From positions 18,042,001 through 18,106,000 of the forward strand of contig OX597837.1 in NCBI GenBank assembly GCA_951406725.2: a DNA stretch of 64,000 bases. Reading direction: 5' to 3'. The DNA comes from Octopus vulgaris. Taxonomy: Eukaryota. Shown in pieces: positions 53,190 through 64,000 of the stretch. The notes under the pieces are model-generated. The model worked only from the letters and a program-made list of their open reading frames with translations. It did no database searches and had not been told where the DNA came from. A program made the translations under genes and the position numbers. How positions within the stretch are numbered: position 1 is the first letter of the stretch; each line of letters begins with the position of its first letter.

Positions 53190-53797
53190 GGTTCTGTGGA
53201 GAGTGCTCAGCCAGCTGGACTACTCTCAATTGTGGTCTTCCTACAGTGTCAAATTAATAGCAGAACTTGAGGCAGTTCAGTAATGCTACATCAGGAAGAT
53301 TGTATCAATGGAACTGATGAGCTACAGGGTGAGACTGAATGAGCTATGACACCCTGGGGCAAAAACAGGAGAGGTCTACAGTGATATTTGTTTGGAAGAT
53401 CCTGGAGGGGTTGGCACCAAACTTTGGCATTCAAAGCTAAACTAGCCCCAGACTGGATATCACTGCACTGTTCCAAAGTTCCCAACTATCCCATCTAGGG
53501 TGAGGACCATGTACTGTAACAGCTTGGGATTCAAGGGCCCACAGCTATTTAATGCCTTACCAAAACATTTGAGGGATTTTCATGGAGTAGGAGCAGATGT
53601 TTTCAAGAAACAACTTGACCTCCTGCTGTTCAAGACCCCAGATGAAGCCATATCACAGCAAAAAACTAAAAAGAAGGCAGTGTCAATCTCCCTCCTTTAC
53701 CAAAAGCTAATTGCATAAGAATAGCAATCGAAAAGGTGATCGCACTGGCAATGTTCCAGCATGGCCTCAGCCTTTGGGCTGAAACATATAAAAGAAT
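53190..53797 (+). mobile_element. CR1-like LINE 3' part including 3' terminal stem-loop
   Basis: LDYSQLWS..ELEAVQ, YCNSLGFKGPQLFNALPKHLR..FKKQLD..PDE; ends ccagcatggcctcagcctttgggctgaaacatataaaagaat. Confidence 0.8.
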
Positions 53798-53837
53798 ATA
53801 TACAAATGCATATGTGTGTGTGTGTATATATATCTGC

Positions 53838-53992
53838 TGAGTGGTTAGTGTTAGGAAGGGCATGCAGCTGTAAAAATCCTGCCAATCCAGTGACAGAAGT
53901 CTGGTGCTGGCTTCTGCCTGACCAGCTCCTGTCAAACTGTCCCACCCATGCCAGCATGGAAGGCAGACGTTAAACGATGATGATGATGATGA
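53838..53992 (+). mobile_element. Isolated RTE 3' tail (representative of >15 short copies, e.g. 560-705, 3030-3172, 16555-16730, 17060-17260, 23830-23921, 51325-51368)
   Basis: ttaggaagggcatgcagctgtaaaa...cccatgccagcatggaaggcagacgttaaacgatgatgat matches the 3' ends of the RTE family A copies. Confidence 0.85.
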
Positions 53993-55119
53993 TATATATA
54001 TACACATTCATATATAAAGATGAACACCAACGTCCCATGTGGCAGACTTGAATAATTGTTGAGATATATCTCTCTAAAACATGAAACTAATGATAGTTTG
54101 GTTAACCCATAAATAAGTAATATTTATTCACCAATGCAGTGTTGAACACTCATTTTCACTGTTCGATATTAATGTGTGTGTATGTGTGTATACATATATA
54201 CACATACACATAATCTTCTTGCAAGTGAGAGTCAGTTTTAAGTCATTGACTATTTTTTTTATGGTACGTCATTTAGTTCATCACTTGATTTTATAGTATA
54301 TGATTTCATTTGTCCTTATTTTAACACACACACTGGCAGACACATTTACAGACATGCCTGACCGATTTTATGATATGCTTTATATCAAAACTTCACTGAT
54401 CCTCTTACTACTATCTAGTGGATACTTAACACACATAAAATGGTTTCTTTCCAAATTTCATTGGTCCAGTGAGATAAATAGTAACTATTGCAGTACAGTA
54501 GTCATGGTAACATGTAGATAGGAGGGGGGAAGTGGCCTCTCTGTCTCCCTCCCTCCCCCACATTGACACATTAGCATTGATTTATTTATATATGCATAGA
54601 TATGTTTTTTTTTATATCATAGTGAACTTTAAAGAAAAACCAACAACTTAATATTAAAGATAAGCTACTGTCTTCTGTTGTTGCCCATGTCCACTAGCAT
54701 AGCTGGAGTGTGTTCCCCACCCCATGACCCCACAAAAAACACATGTATCCTACAGCAGACCCAGAAGTGCCGCCCAGGGTGGATTGTCCCTATAGCCCGC
54801 CCACCCCCTAGCTATGCTAGTGCCCATGTGACATGTTTTTAAATGTGCAAATTGCATTCCACTCTCCACCTCAAATGTCATTTACCTGGCCAACAGAGAT
54901 CTGTCAGGTAGTCAGTCAGATCAGTATTTTTGACCTTGTTTTCTTACCATTAACTCCTTATACCTCTTATGTCACCCCAGTGAGTGGTGTAATAGCCCCC
55001 AACTTTGAGACCCCTCTAATTTTGCTTCTCTCTCTCTCTCCATTTCATTTTTTGAAAGATTGAAATTGTTACCCACCACCATCACAATGTCTGTTGATGC
55101 CCATCCCCACCCCCACCAA

Positions 55120-57870
55120 CTTGGCAGTTGCCTGATTTACTAAGAATAGCAGCCTAATCTCCCACAAATCACATCCTGCCATTTCAATAAAAAATGAACA
55201 TGTAGATGTCTACAAAAACAGATTGTCATACCTGGAATTCCTTTCATCTTATCTCTGTTTAATCAGAGCTGTCTTGGAGCTCGTTATCATCAACAGCATG
55301 TCTGATTTCTCATGATGTTATGGTTGATTAGGTATGTGCTGCACCTACACACATCATCTCTGTTTTAAAATCTTCCCACTTCTCAAGTCCTCTTTGACTT
55401 TGCCAACCTCAGCACTAACGCATGGTGATCTTCCAAGGGAGCCTCTGTGTGGTTGCTCAACAGGCTAGAAATCACAACTAAATGTCCCTGTTAAATTACA
55501 GGCTACCATCTTGAACAAGAAGGGAAACATTCTATAATATGGTCCAAGAGAATGACAGGATGGTCTCAGATGGAACACTTTTGATGATAGTTCTCACTCA
55601 GAATGATCTGAGACTAAATAACAACTAAAATGTGATGAGATACCAAAGAAATCTCTACATAGTTGCTTAACCCACTGGAAATAGCAGACAAATTTCACTT
55701 TAAAGTTTACCTTCTTGAAAAGAGACACATTGGATAATTTAGGCCTGGATGTACATGGACAGGGTGGTCAAGGCTGGACTGCTTTAGATCATAGATCTAC
55801 TGAGTCAGGGGTGATCTAGGAAGAAACAACAGCACTGATAGTTTGGGATTATGGGCTTAAAAGTGTTCAGTTCAAGTTTGCTGCAAATATATCATGTACT
55901 TGAGCAGGATGCTTAATTCTACATGAAATGTGAGTGTAATCTCTGAAGCAGCAGGAAACCATTGTTAATTCATCCAAGAGAGCATAAAAGTGTCCTAGTG
56001 ATCAGATATTTACTCTCTCTCTCTTTACTCTTTTACTTGTTTCAGTCATTTGACTGCGGCCATGCTGGAGCACCGCCTTTAGTCAAGCAAATCGACCCCG
56101 GGACTTATTCTTTGTAAGCCCAGTACTTATTCTATCGGTCTCTTTTGCCGAACTGCTAAGTGACGGGGACGTAAACACACAAGCATCGGTTGTCAAGCAA
56201 TGCTAGGGGGACAAACACAGACACACATACATATATATATATACATATATACAACAGGCTTCTTTCAGTTTCCGTCTACCAAATCCACTCACAAGGCATT
56301 GGTCGGCCCGGGGCTATAGCAGAAGACACTTGCCCAAGATGCCACGCAGTGAGACTGAACCCGGAACCATGTGGTTGGTAAGCAAGCTACTTACCACACA
56401 GCCACTCCTGCACCTATAAAAGAAGGGTTACCAGCATGTGTTTATGGGAATCGAACCTATACTTCTCTGACACCGACTGTAGGCTTTACTATTGAGCCAA
56501 ACAACCACTTACAGTTATTTTTTCAACATTGCACACATCAGACACAACTCTTTTCTCTCCAGCCTCAGTTTCTCTACTGTCACTACTATACAACACTGTG
56601 CACCTTACTCTACCTACTAGAAATAGCAGTCAGATCTCCCTCAAAATTACATGTTACCATCACAAAAACAAATGACAATTTGACAATGCAGTCCTAGATC
56701 CACTACATCAACCTGAAAAAAATACATGATTAAGAAGACGGTCGTGGCTAGAGCACCACTGAACATAGGTCTGTTGGATCAACATAACCTTACAACAAAT
56801 ATGTTACCTACATCCACTACCAGACAGCATCAGACGTGGTCCTCCACATCTACAGTCCATATTTCACTCTCATACAACAACACACACACACCACATATAT
56901 TCTTCTGCAGTCACTACCATACAACACATCCATTTATCCACACCACAGAGTTCTCTACATTCACTGTACATAGATTTCATTACCTCTAGCTGAGAGCACC
57001 TCCGTACAGTCACTAGACTCAATTCATCCTTACTGATGACGTGCACCAATATGATCTTGGCCTTCAAAAAAGGGAGAGCACATTAGGCAATAACATCCTA
57101 GATATATAATAGACACAGTTAGATATGGCAAGAATATCTGTGACCAGAGAGCTGTTCAACTAGTGTTGAGCTAGGGCTAAACAGCAGCATACAGTCTTCC
57201 TCTGCAGTCATCTCCATATTTTTCTATTGTAACTCTCATCATAGCTACCCATCCCTCATTCACTGCCCCATATCACACATTTACTCTTCTACCTTCATAT
57301 CCATATCTCCACAGACGTAAGCCACTCCACACAGACAACATATACATACACACTTATATTCACACATTTAATTCTCTACATGTTTCATTACCATGCACTC
57401 CCCCCCCCCTTGTGGGCTAATGAAGAAGCTTTTATATATTTCCTTGGTTCACTAGAAATAGCTGCCTAATCCCTCTCAAACCATACTGTTATCTTAAAAG
57501 AAAGGACATGTTGAATAATGCAGTCCTGTATTCTTTGCACATGAGAAAAAGATAGGATTGGATGGTCACAGCCTTTTCCATCAGGGCCAACCTTTGTTAA
57601 ACAATGTAACTCTACTTCTTACCCATTTACCATTGTGTTGAAATCCAACATATTTTCTGATGCCAATGAGAACTCCTTTATACAGGTGCCTCATCTGCTA
57701 CAAACAGCAGTCAAATCTACCACACCACACTCATTACAATCTTAAATATAAAGTATACATTGAACAATACAGTCCCTGATATATTAAAATTCAGAAGAGT
57801 CACATTTGGAATACCTCCAATCATAGGTCTACTGAATCAGGCTGACCTGGGGTTAAAAAAAACACCAACA
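55120..57870 (+). repeat. Cluster of ~7 same-orientation copies of an old ~190-bp interspersed repeat
   Basis: By-eye consensus aaggagcctctacgtggttgctc.acctgctagaaatagcagccaaatctccctc...acattggataat...cataggtct...ggctgacctggggctaaacaac. Copies near 55120, 55435, 55645, 56610, 57050, 57410 and 57660; others at 15600 (-), 18140, 33430 and 36170. Confidence 0.75.
56021..56414 (-). mobile_element. Young full-length tRNA/CORE-like SINE with CR1-like tail
   Basis: Reverse complement is near-identical to 37841-38247. Confidence 0.9.
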
Positions 57871-58978
57871 AGAACAGTAGCATATACTTCGTGTGATTAG
57901 ATCAGATATGTGTGAAACGTTGTTTGGTCCATCCATCCAGTTGCTAACCTACCATGGTTGTCACTCTAAAGCTATGCTGTGTTTTATGGTTCATTTCATT
58001 TGAAAATAACACTGCAATTGCAGAAAGGTTCTCTTCTCTTTCCTTTGTTGTTCTCTTTGTATTTCACACCCCACCCCTCACACCACCAGCATCTTACTTT
58101 GCAATATTATAAAGTCAATCACTCTCTCTCTTGCCCCCCCCCATCTCTCTCTAACTACATTACCCCTCTCCTGTCCTCAATCTCATATTCAGGCAACTAT
58201 TGTATGTATGTGTTAGTCTCTCTCTTTCATTCTCTCTCCTCTCTCTCTCTCTCTCCTTTCTCACATGTTCATGTAACTCTGTGTGCATGTTTGTCAAAAA
58301 CAAGAACATGCAAAATAGAGAGTTGGTAAAATATGTGAGATGCATAGAGAAAAAAAAGAAGAGGAAAAACAGTAAAAACAAGAAGGAAGGCAACTGAGAG
58401 AACGAATGAATGAGCAACCAAAGATGTGAAAAAATGAGCCTCAAGATAATACAGAAAGAAAGAAAGATAGATAGATAGATCGATACAGACAGACAGACAG
58501 ACGAACTGACTGATAGACAGAACTGAATATTTAACTCTCCCTCTCTTCTTATCTGTCTGCCTCTCTTTATTTTTCCATCTTTCTGTCACTCAGTTGGTAT
58601 GCCCATCTTATTAGTTGTCTAGAAGGACCAACATGTTTCATATGTCGCATTCATTATTTGGAGAATTGCAGACTTTGGCACATCAACTGATTTCAAGAAT
58701 TTCTATGCATCACTAATGTATATCTGTGTTTCTATCTATTTATCTGTGTGCATTTTTGCATATATATGTAAATATATATTATGCTTGTGTATGTGTGTGT
58801 GTGTATGTATATATATATATATATGTGTGTGTGTGTATGCAGATGTATATTAATGTATGTATGCATATGTATATTTATGTGTGTATGCATCTGTATATAC
58901 ATATACGTATGTGTATATATATACATATATGTTTATCAGTATGTGTTTCAAAATTCCTGTGAAATCGTGTGTTGAAAC

Positions 58979-59907
58979 ATATTGTATTTTGGGATGGTCA
59001 TTTTTTTTCTTTTTGCCAAATTAACACATGCACTATATATTTGTTCTTCACCCATTTATTACTGTTCTTATTTTTAACTCATGTCCATTGTTCAGAAATC
59101 TTTCATCACACATCTGCGACCTCTTCAGCAACAGGAATAGTAACACCCACCACCACAACACATGACTAAAGACAGAAGGGAGGAGATGAGAGAGGGGGTG
59201 GAAATAATAATAGTAAATAAAACACAGATACAAACAGGGTAATACACACACAACAGACATATATGCACATACCTGTGATACATATAAGAAACAGAGATAG
59301 ATAAAAAAATATAAATAAATAAATAAATCTATATAAAGGGTATGGATAAAACAACATATGATGCAAACCCATACACACACACAATAACTTCATAGACGGC
59401 TGCAACAAAATCAACAACACGACTAACAGCAGCAGTGGCAGTGACAATGATGGCAATAACAACAACAGCAACAACTACAATGATGGCATCACCATTGGCA
59501 AATGCACAAACACAGTGAGATACAGAAACTGTACCAAAATTTTGGGTCCTAGGACAGCAGCAGCACAATGGGGTGAGAGGATGGGGCTGAGGGGAAGGGC
59601 ATACTGCTACTAAGAATAACAACACACACAAGCATAGACACATACATGCACAAACACACACACACCACACACACACACACATGCGACACATAAGAATACA
59701 CATCATACAAGAGCAGAATGGAGTAACTGGAACAAGAGCACACAAGAAAACGAAAGGTGTCGCTGAACAGGTCACAGATGTGTAGCGAAAGATTTCCCGA
59801 CAATGGACATGAGTTAAAATAAGAACAGTAATAAATGAGTGAAGAACAAATATATAGTGCATGTGTTTATTTGACAAAACAGAAATGACCATCCCAAAAT
59901 ACAATAT
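58979..59907. mobile_element. Penelope-type insertion bounded by ~150-bp inverted repeats, each with a hammerhead-like motif
   Basis: 58979-59133 reverse-complements to 59758-59907. Motif tgtyg-CTGAA(G/C)A-g-gtcrca gatg tgt..-GAAAGATTTC-..aca. Confidence 0.7.
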
Positions 59908-59922
59908 ATATATATATATGTA

Positions 59923-61330
59923 CTAGACTACCTGTGACCCATTGGGTCACCAATAGTTCAAGGTGCCTGGAAAATCATGAATCTCAGGAATCCATGGTCT
60001 GATTTACACGAAAATTCTATTATTCTGTGTGTATTCACATTTCAATAGAACCTTACTTTCAAAGCATTTTCCCCATTATATGCCAGTTTCGCTATTTATA
60101 AAGGTACCAAAAAAAAAAAAACCCATGTATCTTGGTAACCCATGGTCCTATTTACACAAAATTTGTTTTATTCCATTTGTATTAACATGATCATCCAATT
60201 CATGACATCTGATTTTGTCTCTTTCCCTCTGTTTTGCCAGATGCTCAGCCCTTGCTTTATCAGTCTTACTGATCCTTTTGTTTGCATGCCTGTCCCAATC
60301 TTGGGTAAATATTTCATAAAGGACTATTCATACTTCGGTGTGAAGTAATTTTTTCCACAGGTTTTTTTCAAGTGCATTTGACATATCTCATCTCCAAACC
60401 CACCACAAGCCACTTTCTTCCAAAAAAAAAAAGAGGAAAGGTTGTGGGGACCTCGGCGTTTCCCACCAACGGAGTTTTGTTTCATAAGATTTTTTTTTTC
60501 TTTTCCAGGTATTTCACATGCTTTCAGTAAATGTGACATCAAAATCATGTGTAAATGGCTCCTTTCCCCAGAAAAGGAAAGATTTGGCTGCTATTTCTTG
60601 TATGTCCTGCTACCATGTAACAACTATTTCAGGTCCTTTATCGCAAATAGCTGTTACACGGTAGCATGGCATGCTGGAAATAGCAGCCAAATCTTTGGAG
60701 TTGAATGCACTCAAAAAACTTATGGAAAAATATTATTTCACACTGAGGTTACAAATAGGTCTTTTATGAAATATTTACCATATTTTTAAAGTTATTTTCA
60801 CCTTCAAATATTTTCAAAATATGCCCCAAAAATTTTTTAATGGTATTCACTTGAAAATAATTTTAAAAAACATTAAAATATTGTCTGTTTAAAGAAAGCT
60901 ACAATATAAATATTTACTGTACAAACAACTTACATTTTTGAAATCAAATTCACTTAAAAATATTTCTTAATGATTATTGTGTTTAACAAAAGCAAAAATA
61001 GAAACATAAAATATTTTTAAATGATTAAAATATTGTATCTAACAAAAGTGAAAATATAAACGTTTACCGTGTATTTTTTCATTGGCAAGTTAGTCACAAA
61101 TGTGTCTAATTGGAAGGTTAGAGTTTCTTACCTTTCAGGGTTAAGTTATTTTCAGAGTATTTTCCCCATTTTGCACTGTTTTGGGTATTTATACCCCAAA
61201 ATCGCTAATATCCCAATGACCACTTGTCCAATTTATGCGAAACTTGTTTTATTCCGTTTGCATTTGCATTTCAGGGGATTCTTAATTCATAGTATTTTCC
61301 CATTATGCACCAGTTTGATTGTGTAACAGT
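59923..61330 (-). mobile_element. Probable non-autonomous Helitron (3' end at 59923; far boundary uncertain)
   Basis: Minus strand ends GTGACCCA-A-TGGGTCAC (hairpin, 59934-59950) + 7 nt + CTAG|T. An internal ~90-bp segment recurs at ~60000, ~60145 and ~61230. Confidence 0.55.
60304..60779. mobile_element. MITE/foldback element with ~75-bp imperfect TIRs and an inner 52-bp hairpin
   Basis: ggtaaatatttcataaaggactatt...gtgcatt (60304-60378) is inverted at 60704-60779; inner IR 60578-60629 / 60645-60696. Confidence 0.7.
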
Positions 61331-61489
61331 GCAAGCAAGCAAGATTGAAGTTCATTTTTAATGTATTATAAATGTATATCTATATGAACCTGAACTATGT
61401 ATTTGGGAAGCAAATTTCTTAAGTTACAGCCAAGCCTATGCCCAAATGCTGTTGGCATGCACTTAGAAATTCACTAAAGGTTTGGTCCC

Positions 61490-61790
61490 TGTGCCTTCCA
61501 TCCTCTACAAAAATCAAGCTCGCATCAAATCACAACACTAAGACAAAACTATTTCACCATAGTTGGCCCTGCTCTCTTTACATCATGCCAAGTCACTTAA
61601 GGGAAGAAAAAATTTCATAACATTCAAACAATTCTTAAATGGATATCTCAAACAAATTCCAGATAAACCAGATATATCTCTAACAATATCTCTTTACTCA
61701 AATGGGTTATGGTACCAAAAGAGTACATCTTTAACTGTCTTTTCCAGGTGGCTATGGCCTGCCAATTTTGGTCAAAACTTATCTAGATGT
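61490..61790 (+). mobile_element. Old CR1-like LINE 3' fragment
   Basis: ..P..LREEK..FKQFLNGYLKQIPDKP parallels FK..LD..L..IPDEP, followed by a 3' stem-loop. Confidence 0.5.
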
Positions 61791-61973
61791 GTGTGTGTGT
61801 ATGTTTTTGTTTTTATGTTCAGTTATAATAAAAACAATTTTACACTAATCTGATGAGTACTCTAAACTTTTGTAGAGTACAAATTTATTGTTCTTATGCA
61901 AGAATGTTGTTAACAGTGACTTCAAAGTTTTGGCCAACTAAGCCATTGTTAAACTGATATGTATTTGTGTGTG

Positions 61974-62009
<36 letters not shown>

Positions 62010-62717
62010 TAGACAGATAGATAAAACTTACTTGGAAATGGATGTGTGGCATTTGATCATATAATGATATAAGTAATATATATATATTGTGAAGGGTTAA
62101 AGTGGTAACAAAAACAGGACAGTAAGAACAAAACAGTAAAAACAAACGGAAGAAAGAAAGATGGATAGCCATTTACGTTTTTTGACGTCCTGTACCCATA
62201 TATGCATGTATATATACATACATATGTAGGCCCATTCATGTATGTGTGTATATATGCATATATATATATATATATGAGTGTATATGTATATGTGTGTATA
62301 TATCTACTGACACCACCAAAAATGAACAATATTATTAAAGACATGAAATTGTTAGAACTATTTAGATGATAACTGACAAGGAATAAGTGCATCTAAACCT
62401 TATGTGTGTATTTTCCATTTGTTGTGTTGTATTTCTGTTTAATTTTCAAAACTTGTGCATACTTTTGTGCGTATAAATTCTGCCTAAAGGCATAATGTAG
62501 TAGGTATGTGTGATAAATGCTTGGGTTGGTTTATTACTAAAACTCTGACCTTAACAGCAACAAAAACAAAATTGATGTTGTAGCTGCCTAGCAAAGAATG
62601 GTTATAAGTGGTTCCTCAGTGAGTGGTTGATATTAAAAAGGAAAAATGAACAAGCAACACATGTAGTATCACTTTAGAGCACATACTTATAATTCAAACA
62701 TAATTGCAGAGTTTTAG

Positions 62718-63010
62718 AGTAAGTAATGGATTAATAAATGATGTTGAAAATCTCTTACAGCTGTTTCTAGAATAGCTGTGCATATGGTGCACAGGTCATT
62801 GAACAAAGATTTCTCTATAAGCCAATTATTCTGCCTTCAAAGAGGAAGAATTATGGAACATCCTTAATAAAAAACATTAGTTGTTACCAGTCCCATTGTT
62901 GGAGAATTAAGGAATGTCCTTAGTTAAAGACTTATGAACCATATGCACAGCTATTCTAGAAACAGCTGTCAGAGATCTAATGTATTATTTATTAATCCCT
63001 TCTTTACTGT
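62718..63010. mobile_element. Penelope-type inverted pLTR pair (~85-bp arms)
   Basis: tcttacagctgtttctagaatagctgtgcatatggt is inverted as accatatgcacagctattctagaaacagctgtcaga. Arms carry GAAACAGCTGT(A/C); a related piece lies at ~52915-52960. Confidence 0.65.
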
Positions 63011-63068
63011 AACTACTTTGCTATTATGTTTGAATTATAAATTACATGTTCTAAAGTGGTACTACATG

Positions 63069-63274
63069 AAGGTGGTGAGCTGGCAGAAACGTTAGCACAC
63101 CGGGCGAAATGCTTAGCCGTATTTCGTCTGCCGTTACGTTCTGAGTTCAAATTCCGCCTGGGTCGATAAATTAAGTACCAGTTACGTACTGGGGTCGATG
63201 TAATCAACTTAATCCGTTTGTCTGTCCTTGTTTGTCCTCTCTGTGTTTAGCCCCTTGTGGGTAGTAAAGAAATA
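63069..63274 (+). mobile_element. Young Meta-like tRNA SINE with 11-bp TSD
   Basis: ggtggtgagctggcagaaacg..gagttcaaattccgcc..gggtcgataaattaagtaccag; TSD GGTACTACATG at 63058-63068 and 63275-63285. Confidence 0.88.
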
Positions 63275-63307
63275 GGTACTACATGTTTTGCTTGTTCATT
63301 CCTTTTT

Positions 63308-63353
<46 letters not shown>

Positions 63354-63390
63354 GTACATATTATATTATTCTTATACAAGATTGTTGTTG

Positions 63391-63435
63391 GCAATGACTT
63401 TGAAGTTTCAGCCAGCTATGCCATCATCAGACTGC
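63391..63435 (-). ncRNA. Minimal type I hammerhead ribozyme motif (putative)
   Basis: GCAGU-CUGAUGA-U-GGC auagcug GCU-GAAAC-UUCAAA-GUC-AUUGC: intact core, 5-bp stem I (one G-U), short stem II, GUC cleavage triplet. Confidence 0.65.
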
Positions 63436-64000
63436 AATGCATTAGAGTTAGTCTTGCCTTTATATAGTCTCTGTTCAGTTAAATTCATCTTTGGGTGTGT
63501 GGATTTGAGTCTGGTGGTAATTAGGTTTTAATAATTATATTATATTAATAGCTCAAAAGCTGCACTCTGTACAGACTTTTAAACTAGCTGCTGCAGGGGG
63601 CTAATTTGGCTTGTGGCCCAAAACTAAGCAGATCTAAATGGCATGACTATGATATGTCTATAATGATTTTATGCCCTTGTGGTCAGAGGTTAAGGACGGA
63701 TGAGAATTAATTCTGTAATGCAATCATTCTATAGTTCCAGTCCCAAGTTGAAACTCAACTGTTGGCCAATTTGCTCTAAATTAAAGAAGTGAATGTCTTT
63801 TATCTCCCCCTTGATCTCTGACATCATCTGACAAGTGCCAAGCAAGGTGACGTGAATCAGCCAAGCTTTACCTGCTAGAAATACAAACCCAAATGCTTTT
63901 AAATCAGATCCCAATGCTTGATGTTCAGGAACCAAATGAAGGGCAGATTTTCAATCCTGGGATCATCCTGATTGCAAAATAACATGGCTATGTAGAGCAA

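Noticed and set aside
55120-57870. Repeat-spacer arrangement superficially like a CRISPR array
   Set aside because: Eukaryotic context, ~190-bp highly diverged units, irregular spacing and no cas genes.
1120-59950. One giant Helitron joining the Rep remnant and the hairpin-CTAG end
   Set aside because: Geometry is wrong: on the minus strand the 3' terminus at 59923 lies upstream of the Rep remnant.

Overview
AT-rich, microsatellite-dense eukaryotic DNA. It is most likely an intron or intergenic stretch of an octopus (coleoid cephalopod) genome, inferred from my recollection of octopus SINE/RTE families and not from a search. I can support no host protein-coding exon, and most listed ORFs are microsatellite artefacts or fragments of dead transposons. 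Retroelements include five RTE LINE pieces from two families; four of them span the RT C-terminus and all four carry a PHD-type zinc finger inside the RT. There are also three R4/Dong LINEs sitting in (TAA)n tracts, CR1-like and Tx1-like pieces, several Penelope-like remnants, and three tRNA-derived SINE types. DNA elements include a Helitron Rep remnant plus a separate Helitron-type 3' end, a Buster/GTF2IRD2-like hAT, two mariners, DD37D maT pieces and piggyBac-type MITEs. The most interesting signals are (i) many minimal hammerhead-ribozyme motifs in unrelated Penelope-type pseudo-LTRs, repeatedly arranged as divergent inverted pairs, (ii) the PHD finger embedded in RTE reverse transcriptase, (iii) Dong/R4 elements colonising the (ATT)n tails of other retroposons, and (iv) one SINE head joined to tails from two different LINE clades. 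All alignments were done by eye, so boundaries are approximate.
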